A stretch of 47,512 nt of DNA from Gemmatimonadota bacterium. GTDB lineage: Bacteria > Gemmatimonadota > Gemmatimonadetes > Gemmatimonadales > GWC2-71-9. This document shows positions 8,612-16,871 of this stretch, in pieces. The stretch spans positions 1-47,512 of the forward strand of contig QHTZ01000072.1 in the NCBI GenBank assembly GCA_003221005.1, in the 5' to 3' direction. How positions within the stretch are numbered: the stretch's first letter is position 1; each line of letters starts with the position of its first letter. Both the position numbers and the translations under genes were made by a program. The notes beneath the pieces are model-generated. The model was not told where the DNA came from, did no database searches, and saw nothing but the letters and a program-made list of their open reading frames with translations.

Positions 8612-9453
8612 GACAGTGTCCTGTTCTCTAGGCGGTCGTGGATGTACTCCGCGATAGCCCGCGCCGCCTCCTCGCGGAACGGCGCGAAGCTGGGCCAGTC
8701 GTTGATGTCGATGAGCACCGGGCGATCGCGCCGTGGGAAGGCCACGTCGCCCCCGAAAACCTCTAGTCCCAGCAGCGCCGCGGCGTCGAACGCGAGGGCC
8801 TTGAGCCGATCCTCGTCGATCGCGGGCCGCTCCCCACCGAACCCGGCGTCCGCCCCGTACCAGCGAAAGAACCGCCCGTCGGTGACCGCGTAGAACTTCA
8901 CCACGGGGCCAGGCACGTGCTGCTGCAGGGCGACCCACGGGATCCCGCGCCCTGCGAACGCCGCGAGCAGGGCCCCGAGGTCGTCCAGCGTCGTCGCCAC
9001 CACGTCCTCCCGCCGCTCGGCATGCACGTCGCCCCGTTTGATCCAGAGCTTCCGGTGATCCGAAGCCAGCTCCTGGAGTAGCTCGCGCGGCGGCGGGGGA
9101 GCGGAGCTGGGCTGAATCAGGGTGCGGGGGAAGGCGAGGTTGCTCCCCGCCATGTGCCGCACCAGCCGGTGGCGATGACAGTTGAGCACGCTCGTCGGCC
9201 GGTTCACGACCGCCGCTCCGTCCGCTTCGAGCGGCATCAACTGTTCCGACGCAAGCGACCCCTGGCACATGTTCAGATACAGCCGTGCCGCCGGCAGCCG
9301 CCCCTGTTCGACCTCTTCCTCGGTCGTGTTCGTCACCCGCCAGCCGCGCCGGTCGAGCTCCGCCGCCGTGGCCGCGAGAATCGCCGTGTCGTTGCTGCGA
9401 TGTTGCAACGGAGAATAGGACGGCCTGCGGTACACGGCGACCAGGTCTCGCAA
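8608..9453 (-). CDS. ATP-grasp fold protein (RimK/ITPK1-like C-terminal motifs), function unknown
   Basis: VVN.P.SV, FPRT, WIKRGD, LQQHVPGPVVKFYAV, LGLEVFGGD, LIDINDWPSF. Confidence 0.7.
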   Translation of the reverse strand: MRDLVAVYRRPSYSPLQHRSNDTAILAATAAELDRRGWRVTNTTEEEVEQGRLPAARLYLNMCQGSLASEQLMPLEADGAAVVNRPTSVLNCHRHRLVRHMAGSNLAFPRTLIQPSSAPPPPRELLQELASDHRKLWIKRGDVHAERREDVVATTLDDLGALLAAFAGRGIPWVALQQHVPGPVVKFYAVTDGRFFRWYGADAGFGGERPAIDEDRLKALAFDAAALLGLEVFGGDVAFPRRDRPVLIDINDWPSFAPFREEAARAIAEYIHDRLENRTLS

Positions 9454-9472
9454 GCGAACTCGCTCCCGGCTC

Positions 9473-10183
9473 TCAAGCCTTTGGCGAACCTAACCACGCG
9501 TTCGCGAGGCGCAAATCAGCCTCGTGGTCGATGTCGATGATGCGGGGAACGGTAACGCTTCCCACGCGGCCGCCACGCTCAATGAGCCAAGCGAGAAACC
9601 CACGCATGCGCTGCACCCCCAGCCCTACCGCTTCCGCCGCGGCTCGGCGGGCGGCGGGGGAGAAGCCGTAGGCGCCCCCCGTAACACACGGCGGCTCAAC
9701 GGGATCATCGGCTATTCCGAGAACGAGCCCGGCACTGTCCCGGCGCACGTAGACGGGAGACTCGTCGTCCACGAATGGCGTCACAACGAGCACGGCATCC
9801 CCACCCGCCGCGAGAGCCGCGGCCGTGGAACGGTACACGTCCCGCCAGTCCTGCGGCGGCATCACCGTATCCACCATCGTGCAGAATACCGGCCCGTCGG
9901 GAATCGTCTCGAGGCCGCTGGCGAGGGTGTGCAGCGACGACGGCGTGCGACACGGCCGGAGCGAGAATGGCCGTCCAAAGCCCCGACCTTCGAGCACCGT
10001 GAAGACGTCCGCGAAATCGCCTCGGACCATGCACGTGAGGGTCTCACAGCCGAGGTCCGCGAGCATGTCGAGCAGCCGCACCACGAGGGGCTCACCGCCC
10101 AACCGCACCAGCGGCTTCGGGACTGCCACGCCCTCGCCCGCCAGGCGCGACCCCTCTCCCCCAGCGAGGATCAGGCCGTGCAT
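9473..10183 (-). CDS. Nucleotidyltransferase (NTP_transferase/MobA-like)
   Basis: MHGLILAGGEGSRL..PKPLV; IIDIDH..DL. Confidence 0.9.
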   Translation of the reverse strand: MHGLILAGGEGSRLAGEGVAVPKPLVRLGGEPLVVRLLDMLADLGCETLTCMVRGDFADVFTVLEGRGFGRPFSLRPCRTPSSLHTLASGLETIPDGPVFCTMVDTVMPPQDWRDVYRSTAAALAAGGDAVLVVTPFVDDESPVYVRRDSAGLVLGIADDPVEPPCVTGGAYGFSPAARRAAAEAVGLGVQRMRGFLAWLIERGGRVGSVTVPRIIDIDHEADLRLANAWLGSPKA

Positions 10184-10890
10184 GCACCCGTGCCGCGGGG
10201 CGCGTCCGTCTCGCGCAGGGCGGCCTCCACCTCGGGGAGCCGCGCGATCCGCGCTGTGGGTGCGACGCCAGAAGGCGTCGGCCGGTCGGGCGGCGCAAGC
10301 CAGCAGGTCCGCATCCCAAGCGCGCCGGCGGGGCGGATGTCCGCTTCGACGTTGTCGCCCACCATCCAGGCTCGTTCGGGGGGCGTCTGCAGGCGCGCCA
10401 GCGTCTCTACGAAGATCCGGGGGTGGGGCTTCTCGACCCCAAGGATCGCGGAGTCGCTGACGACCGCGAAACACCGTCGCAGGTCCAGCTCCACGAGACA
10501 GGGATCCAGGTTGCCCGTGAAGTTCGAGACAACGCCCAGCGGATGGCGCAGCGCGAGCCGCTCGAGGACCGGCCGATTGCGATCCACGGTGGCGAGCGCG
10601 GCCGTGTGGAATCGCTCGGCGATCGCGCCCACCTCGACACGGCTGCCGTCGGGTACGAGCTGGCACAGCAGCTGAGCTTGTGCTTCGACCAACCCACGGA
10701 ATCCCAAGGTACGGATCCCCGACATGTGCTCGAGCGCCCGATCCGACGCCGTGAAGTGCGGCTCGAAGGCGGGATACTCGAGCGAGCCACCGGCCGCTCG
10801 ATACGCAGCGTGGAACCGTGGAGCCCAATGGATGCCATCGGCGTCCAACGTCCCGCCGAAGTCGAACAGCACGACTGTGGAATCGCTCAC
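10171..10890 (-). CDS. HAD-superfamily hydrolase
   Basis: LFDFGGTLD (motif I variant DxGGT), VVSNF, KPHPRIF, MVGDNVEADI. Confidence 0.9.
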   Translation of the reverse strand: MSDSTVVLFDFGGTLDADGIHWAPRFHAAYRAAGGSLEYPAFEPHFTASDRALEHMSGIRTLGFRGLVEAQAQLLCQLVPDGSRVEVGAIAERFHTAALATVDRNRPVLERLALRHPLGVVSNFTGNLDPCLVELDLRRCFAVVSDSAILGVEKPHPRIFVETLARLQTPPERAWMVGDNVEADIRPAGALGMRTCWLAPPDRPTPSGVAPTARIARLPEVEAALRETDAPRGTGACTA

Positions 10891-10923
10891 GCGAGGACAC
10901 CAGCGGTGACCGAGCGGCCAGTC

Positions 10924-12018
10924 TCAGCGAGGGTGATGCCCCCCTCCCCCTCCCCCTCCAGCCTCGTGGCCCGGCATGTGCATTTCGTGACCGGACATCA
11001 TCATCATGTCATGACTCCCACCGATTCGCATCGCGTGCCTGAGGTCGCGCTGGTAGAGTGAGTCGGCGGGGTCCGTAGCCGGCCAGGCCGAGCCGCGGTC
11101 GGGGATGAACAGTCCGCCGACCACCCCCATGCCGCCGTCGGGGATCAACTGACCCGTGGGGTTGTCGTAGTACACGGTCACGCGGTAGCGGTGCGTGGGC
11201 ACGATCTGGACACCGAGCCGGCTCCAGCGGTACAGGCGCGCAATCGGGACGCCGACGATTTCGCCGGTCGAGTCCGTGCGCGGAGTCGCCTGATAGATGA
11301 TTTGGCCCGTCGTCGCGTCGGCAAACTCGAGGCGCCGCGCGTAGCGGTGCACGTGGCCGCCGATGCCCACGATGACGCCGGGCACGGCGGGATTCCCCTC
11401 GTACGCGCGCGACGAGCGTCCGGGAGAAAGGTCGAACGACTTGTCGCCGACTGGAAAGGCGACGTCCATCTGGAACGGCTCGGCGCGGAACAGCGGCCAC
11501 GGCCGACCAGCCGGTGTGTAGCTCAGCACCAGCCTCACTCGCGCCTGGTGATAGGACGAGTCGGTGGGGTTGTCGAGCATCGCACTCGCCAGCACCCGCT
11601 CGCCCCGCGTCACCGGGAAGCCGAACAGCAGCCAGGGAATGCGCATGGCTCCGGTCTCGTGCCCAGCGGCGATCATGCGCCGCGAGATCGGAAGGAACAG
11701 CTCGCGGTGGTCGGGATCGATGAGGTTGAAATGATGGATCAGTATGGACGGCAACTCGCGTGCGGTGCTGTCCACCATCTCGACGCGGAAAGCGTACACC
11801 GAGCCGCTCGCCGGCAGTTCGAGGATCGCGACCGGGGGCTGCGTCAGCTCGTGATGCGAGGTGTGCGCGGGAAGGTCGACGGGGGCGAGATCGATGAACA
11901 TCTCCCCCTTTGCGGCATCGACCAGCACCCGGGCGCCGGCGGCATCGGAGCGCCCGGGACCGGGCCCGGCTCCAAAGGCCAACAGGAGAGTTGCCGAGAG
12001 AGCGATAGGGCGCCGCAC
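10924..12018 (-). CDS. Secreted protein resembling copper type II (PHM-like) monooxygenases, with a His/Met-rich tail
   Basis: N-terminal signal peptide; IHHFN, GGHVH, YDNPTG....GGMG; C-terminus HDMMMMSGHEMHMPGH. Confidence 0.55.
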   Translation of the reverse strand: MRRPIALSATLLLAFGAGPGPGRSDAAGARVLVDAAKGEMFIDLAPVDLPAHTSHHELTQPPVAILELPASGSVYAFRVEMVDSTARELPSILIHHFNLIDPDHRELFLPISRRMIAAGHETGAMRIPWLLFGFPVTRGERVLASAMLDNPTDSSYHQARVRLVLSYTPAGRPWPLFRAEPFQMDVAFPVGDKSFDLSPGRSSRAYEGNPAVPGVIVGIGGHVHRYARRLEFADATTGQIIYQATPRTDSTGEIVGVPIARLYRWSRLGVQIVPTHRYRVTVYYDNPTGQLIPDGGMGVVGGLFIPDRGSAWPATDPADSLYQRDLRHAMRIGGSHDMMMMSGHEMHMPGHEAGGGGGGGHHPR

Positions 12019-12024
12019 GCGACA

Positions 12025-12053
12025 ATTGTAACCGCCCCGTCAGGTCGCACCAA
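12025..12053 (-). promoter_or_regulatory. Putative sigma70-type leaderless promoter
   Basis: TTGGTG-17 nt-TACAAT ending 6 nt before the GTG start at 12018. Confidence 0.5.
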
Positions 12054-12078
12054 CCCCCGCGCGAACGGCGACGCAGCC

Positions 12079-13938
12079 TCAAGGCTCCGTCGCGGAGAGT
12101 ATCCGCTGCCGCTGCCCCGCCGTCACCATGTCCCGCTCCACTACGTCGCGCACGATGCGGGCGACGAAGGCGTAGCCGCGCGGCTCGGCGCCGAGCCAGC
12201 GGTGCCACTCGAGCTCGTCGAGGGCAGCCGCCAGCCGCGCGGACTCGAGCCCCGCCCCGCGGCCCAGCCGCTCCGCCGCGACGCGCCCACCGAGCACCGC
12301 GGCCACGGTGAGGACGCGCTGCGCCTCCGCGCTCAAGCGCCGGAACTGAATCCGGATCGCGGCGACGACGGCGTCGGGGAGGTCGCCCGGAAGGGTCTGG
12401 TCCAAGGTCCTACAGGGCTCGGGCCACGCGCCGGCCGACTCTCGCAGGTCGAGCCCTGAGGCGACCGCCTGGAACAGCTCGACCGCGAGCAGGGGAATGC
12501 CCGCTGAATCGGTGGCGACGCGGCGCGTGACCCGGTCGATCTGGATGTCGTCATACCTGGGCAGCGCCCAGCGGGCGAGGTCCTGCAGTGCCGCCGCCGG
12601 CACCGGCTCCAAATGCACCGTCGTGCCCGCCAGGTCGCGCCCCAGGCGGGCGCGGATCTCGTCCAGCTCCGCGCGGCCGGGGCGCGCGCTGGTCGTGATG
12701 AGGATCGCGAGCGGTGCGCGTGCGAGGTCCCGGATCGCGGCGACGACCGCGAGCAGCGATTCGCGATCGAGCCAATGCGCGTCGTCCAGCAGGAGCAGCA
12801 TCGGCTGCTCGTCGCACACTGCCCCGAGCACGTCGCTGAACGCGCGCCCCAAACCCGACGCGGGCGTCCCCTCGCGCAGCGCCGCGAGGGCCGCGGGCGC
12901 AGCCCCCGCGACCCCGGGCGCGTCGAGGACGCCGCCTCGCGCCAGACCGAGGATGCCGCTCCACTGGTCAGCCAGGTCCGCCTCGACCGCGCGGATCGCT
13001 GCCGTCGCGGCCCCGTCCAGCCTCGCCCGCGCGACGACCTCCTCCGCAAGGCGAGTCTTCCCGGTCCCGACATCTCCCTCGACGACGCTCACGATCGGGT
13101 GACGGTCGCGCCGGCACTCGGCCCAGACGTTCAGGAGCCGCTCCAACTCCGCGGCGCGCCCCACGAGGGGGGCGCGACGGGGCACTTCGCCCCGCTCGGG
13201 GGCCCCTTCGGGCCGCGGGAGGCGCCACGTTCGCTCGCGCCGCACCCGCTCCGCGAGCGCCCACGTCTCGGCGTCGGGAGCCGCTCCCATCTCGCCGAGC
13301 CGCGCTGCAAGCTCCTCGAAGCATGCGAGCGCGCCGGCCCGGTCGCCGGCCAGGGCCCGCGCGCGCATGGCCGTTCGCGCCGCCGGCTCGGAGAGCGGAT
13401 CAAGCAGCAACGCGCGTCGCGCCACGTCTAGCGCCGCCGCGCCGTAGCCCGCGCCCAGCAGCTCCTCCGTCAGCCCGGTGAGGACCTGGATCGAGCGCTG
13501 CCGCCACGCCGCCCGCTCCGCCGTGAGCCAATTCTCGAATTCCGAGGCTCCGCGGACGCCAAACCCTTCGAGGAACTCCCCCGCCACGAAGGCCGCCGCG
13601 CCCCGGAAATCCCGGGCAGCGGCGAGCGTCTCGAAGCGATCGAGATCGAGCTCCACGGCCTCCGGCGAGAGGCGCACCTGACCACCATCGGTATCGACGC
13701 CGCCGTCGCCGGCGAGACGACGCAGCACCCGGACCGCCTCGTTCAGGGAGTGGCGCGCCGCGGCTTCGGGCTTCTCGGCCCAGAGGAGGCCGATCAAGTG
13801 CTCGCGCGTCCGCGTGCGCTTGGGAGACCGTGCGAGGTAGACCAGGAGCGCGAGGTTCTTGCGCCACAGCAGCTCCGCGGGCGCGGCTGCGCCGTCCACG
13901 CTCACGTCCACCGGCCCCAGCGTCCGGCAATGGATCAT
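12079..13938 (-). CDS. SARP/BTAD transcriptional regulator with AAA (STAND-like) ATPase domain
   Basis: MIHCRTLG...LALLVYLA...LWAE...ARHSL; BTAD (GEFLEGF, FENWL, LDPLSE); Walker A GDVGTGKT; LLLDDAHWLD; ATGA overlap with the kinase stop. Confidence 0.88.
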   Translation of the reverse strand: MIHCRTLGPVDVSVDGAAAPAELLWRKNLALLVYLARSPKRTRTREHLIGLLWAEKPEAAARHSLNEAVRVLRRLAGDGGVDTDGGQVRLSPEAVELDLDRFETLAAARDFRGAAAFVAGEFLEGFGVRGASEFENWLTAERAAWRQRSIQVLTGLTEELLGAGYGAAALDVARRALLLDPLSEPAARTAMRARALAGDRAGALACFEELAARLGEMGAAPDAETWALAERVRRERTWRLPRPEGAPERGEVPRRAPLVGRAAELERLLNVWAECRRDRHPIVSVVEGDVGTGKTRLAEEVVARARLDGAATAAIRAVEADLADQWSGILGLARGGVLDAPGVAGAAPAALAALREGTPASGLGRAFSDVLGAVCDEQPMLLLLDDAHWLDRESLLAVVAAIRDLARAPLAILITTSARPGRAELDEIRARLGRDLAGTTVHLEPVPAAALQDLARWALPRYDDIQIDRVTRRVATDSAGIPLLAVELFQAVASGLDLRESAGAWPEPCRTLDQTLPGDLPDAVVAAIRIQFRRLSAEAQRVLTVAAVLGGRVAAERLGRGAGLESARLAAALDELEWHRWLGAEPRGYAFVARIVRDVVERDMVTAGQRQRILSATEP

Positions 13939-16775
13939 CGGGGGCACGCCGCGCTCAGGCGTTGGGCGCGGCCCGCGAGCTCCGCCAGCTCCGCGTCCGC
14001 GCCCGCCCACAGCTCCAGCACCCGCTTGAGGTACGCGCATCCGCGCCGCGTGTCGCCGCGCGACACCGCGAGCGCGCCGCGGCGCCACCGGGCATACACG
14101 CCGAACACCCAGTCGACTTCACCCGACTGAGACTCGGTCGTGGGGAACCCTTGGATGTCCGCGTTCTCGTACCAGAGCCACTCCCGGTCGGCCTCCGCGG
14201 CGCGACCTAGCGTCTCGTACCATGTTGCGCGTACGACGTGCAGCACCGCGCGGGCGAAGGGGTCACCGCCGCGACTCTCGGCGTACGCGGCGCGCAGCGA
14301 ATCGGAGATCGCGATCGCCCTGAGCCCGTCGCTCAGCGCCGCGGCGTGGAGCGCACGAAGCAGCTGATCAAGCCGGGCAGCTTCGCTGTCCGCGCTGGCG
14401 CGGTGCCGCACCACAGCCGCCCATCGCTCTACGCCGGACGCATCGTGACGGCCGAACGCGTCGAGCGCTAGCGCCCACGCGGCCCGCGCGCCGCGCGCCG
14501 GATCGCCCGTCCAGTCCCGCAGCGCGGCGCGCGCCTGTGCGATCTCCGCAGCAGGGGCGAGCGGAAGCCCGAGCGCGCTCGGGATCACCCGCCACTCGAG
14601 CGCCTGGAAACGCGCTTCCGGCGTGCGGTACAACACCGCCGCCGAGTCGAGCTGGGCAAGCCCCCGCGCCCCCTGACCGAGCGCGAGCAGAGCGAGTCCC
14701 TGCGCTTCGTGCCCATTGGCTCCGCTCAGCAGCCGGCCGATGGCGATCTGTGTCGCGGGGATGTCCAGGCTGAGCGCAAACCGGAACCATTCCACGAGCC
14801 CCTTGGGAGGCGCTGCGGGACCAGCAGCGCTGTCCGTCCCGCCGAAGCGCCCGGCGAAGGCGATCTCCCACAGCGCGGGCTGATCGATGTCCACGTCTCC
14901 ACGCCGCGCCGCGGTGACGTTGCGCAGGTCGCGGAGCGCGCGCGCCGCGGAATCGCGTTGCCCGAGGCGAATCCACACCCAGGCGAGGCCGCTGTAGATC
15001 TGGCCGAGCGACGGATTTCTGGTGGCCGCGAGGTTGAGCACCTTCGCAGCGCTGTCCAGAGGAACGCCGACCAACGCGCCACGATGCAGCAGCTCCCAGC
15101 CGTACAACATCGGAGCGGTGGCGCTCGACGGAAAGCGCTGCACCGCCCCGTCGAAGGCCGCGAACCGCGGCTCCCCGCTCGGTGCGATCATCGCCGCAAG
15201 CAGTTCCCGGTCGAGCTCGCTCAGCTCGCGCGCGTGCTCGTGGTACAGACGTCTGAGTGCCGGCTGCCCAGGCCCCACGCGACTCCAGTACTGGGCGAGG
15301 GTGAGCCGCCAACGCACATAGCCGAGTGTCGAGTCGAGCGCGAGCGCACGGCGATAGTGGTCCTCCGCGACGTGCCACGCGTCGCCCTGAAAGGCGTCTT
15401 CGCCACGTTGGAACTCCCGCAATGCCGCGACGGTGGCGTTCGAGAGACCTCCGACGGGACGAAGCTTGGGAAGCAAGTCGGGGCGCGTCGCGCGCACGAT
15501 CTCGGCCCCCACGGCGAAGCCCAGGGTCGCGGGGTCCGCCGTGGTGCCGTGGACCGGCGCGCCCTCCTGGGGGCGGCCGCCCGCGTCGAACACGGTGAGG
15601 CGCACTTCGACCTTGCCGGCGCGCTCCGAGACCACGCCCTGCACCCAGTGCCTGGTCTGCAGGCGGTGGGGGGCGGCGCGCGCGAGGGCCACAGGGTCTC
15701 CGCGGCTCGAATCCCACCAGGCGAACGCGCGCTCGCGAGGCGTGAGCGTCAAGCCGAACTCTTCCAGACCCTCCAAGTGCACTGCGGCGAGGCGTGCAAG
15801 GTCCTTGCCGAGGAAGCTGTCCGCCCCCTCCCGCACCGTGAAGGGCAAGATCGCGAGATCACTGGCGCGCGCCGCGGGTGCGCTGGGCGTCAGGGCGCCC
15901 TTGACCACGTAGCCCGCGACGAGCCCTAGGAGACTCAACGCGATGGTGCGACGCACGTACCGCCGCGTGCGGTCGCGCCACAGGGCGCGCCGGAACGCGG
16001 CCGCGTCGGGCCACCGCCGTTCGGGCGCCACCGCGAGCGCGCGGCGCAACACGCTCGCGATGCCGCGGGGCACACCCGACCAGTCGGCGCGCTCCGGACG
16101 ATCCCAGGACCAATGCCGGCCCGTCACTGCCTCGTACAGCACCATGCCAGCCGCATACAGGTCAGTGCGCGGCGTGACCTCGCCGCCGGCAGCCTGTTCG
16201 GGCGGCATATAGTCGAGCGTGCCCACCACGGCTCCCGGCGCGGTCAGGGCCGGGTCTTCCGGCGCTGTCGTCGCCGACTTTGCGATCCCGAAGTCCACGA
16301 GGACGGCCCGCCCGCCTACGACGAAGACGTTGCTCGGCTTCACGTCGCGATGCACCACGCCCTTCTCGTGCGCGGCACCCAGGGCGTCCAGCAGGTCGCG
16401 TCCCAGCTTGCGGGCCTCCTCCAGCGGCAGCGGGCCGTGCAGCAGCCGCGTGGCGACGGTCTCCCCCGAGAGGTACTCCATCTCGTAGTAGGGCATCCCA
16501 TCAGCCTCGGACGCGTCATGAATGGGCACGATGTTGGGATGGCTGAACGAGGCGAGGACCTTCGCTTCCTGGCGGAACCGTTCCGCCGCCAGCGCGGTGT
16601 GCAGCTCGGGGCGAATGATCTTGATGGCGACGAGCCGGCCGAGCTCCTGGTGCCGGGCGAGGAATACCGTGCCCATGCCGCCGGTCGCCAGCTCGCGCTC
16701 GACGTCGTAGCCCCGCGGCGCGAGGGCGGCCCGCACGCGCTCCACCCAGGAGGTCATGTGTGGAAGGTGACTCAC
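13935..16775 (-). CDS. Hanks-type Ser/Thr protein kinase with TM segment and TolB-N/TPR-like C-terminal region
   Basis: GGMGTVF, VAIK, HPNIV, HRDVKPSN, DFGIA, GTLDYMPPEQ, DLYAAG; TM after the kinase domain; helical repeats. Confidence 0.92.
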   Translation of the reverse strand: MSHLPHMTSWVERVRAALAPRGYDVERELATGGMGTVFLARHQELGRLVAIKIIRPELHTALAAERFRQEAKVLASFSHPNIVPIHDASEADGMPYYEMEYLSGETVATRLLHGPLPLEEARKLGRDLLDALGAAHEKGVVHRDVKPSNVFVVGGRAVLVDFGIAKSATTAPEDPALTAPGAVVGTLDYMPPEQAAGGEVTPRTDLYAAGMVLYEAVTGRHWSWDRPERADWSGVPRGIASVLRRALAVAPERRWPDAAAFRRALWRDRTRRYVRRTIALSLLGLVAGYVVKGALTPSAPAARASDLAILPFTVREGADSFLGKDLARLAAVHLEGLEEFGLTLTPRERAFAWWDSSRGDPVALARAAPHRLQTRHWVQGVVSERAGKVEVRLTVFDAGGRPQEGAPVHGTTADPATLGFAVGAEIVRATRPDLLPKLRPVGGLSNATVAALREFQRGEDAFQGDAWHVAEDHYRRALALDSTLGYVRWRLTLAQYWSRVGPGQPALRRLYHEHARELSELDRELLAAMIAPSGEPRFAAFDGAVQRFPSSATAPMLYGWELLHRGALVGVPLDSAAKVLNLAATRNPSLGQIYSGLAWVWIRLGQRDSAARALRDLRNVTAARRGDVDIDQPALWEIAFAGRFGGTDSAAGPAAPPKGLVEWFRFALSLDIPATQIAIGRLLSGANGHEAQGLALLALGQGARGLAQLDSAAVLYRTPEARFQALEWRVIPSALGLPLAPAAEIAQARAALRDWTGDPARGARAAWALALDAFGRHDASGVERWAAVVRHRASADSEAARLDQLLRALHAAALSDGLRAIAISDSLRAAYAESRGGDPFARAVLHVVRATWYETLGRAAEADREWLWYENADIQGFPTTESQSGEVDWVFGVYARWRRGALAVSRGDTRRGCAYLKRVLELWAGADAELAELAGRAQRLSAACPR

Positions 16776-16780
16776 GCCAG

Positions 16781-16809
16781 AACATCCGGGGCGTGCCCCG
16801 CTCTGTCAA
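16781..16809 (-). promoter_or_regulatory. Putative leaderless promoter of the kinase gene
   Basis: Perfect TTGACA-17 nt-GATGTT, 5 nt before GTG 16775. Confidence 0.5.
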
Positions 16810-16835
16810 ACGGCCACGCACGCGATCCGGATTGG

Positions 16836-16864
16836 TTGCATTTTCCCGGAGCCCGCACGACACT
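16836..16864 (+). promoter_or_regulatory. Putative leaderless promoter of the rhodanese-MBL gene
   Basis: TTGCAT-17 nt-GACACT, 7 nt before ATG 16872; no Shine-Dalgarno. Confidence 0.4.
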
Positions 16865-16871
16865 CCTAGGC

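Noticed and set aside
7154-8893. Long antisense/alternative-frame ORFs (e.g. 7154..8893, 2752..3990, 29082..30377, 14709..15929)
   Set aside because: They are Arg/Pro/Ala-rich shadows of motif-bearing genes, as expected from stop-codon scarcity at high GC.
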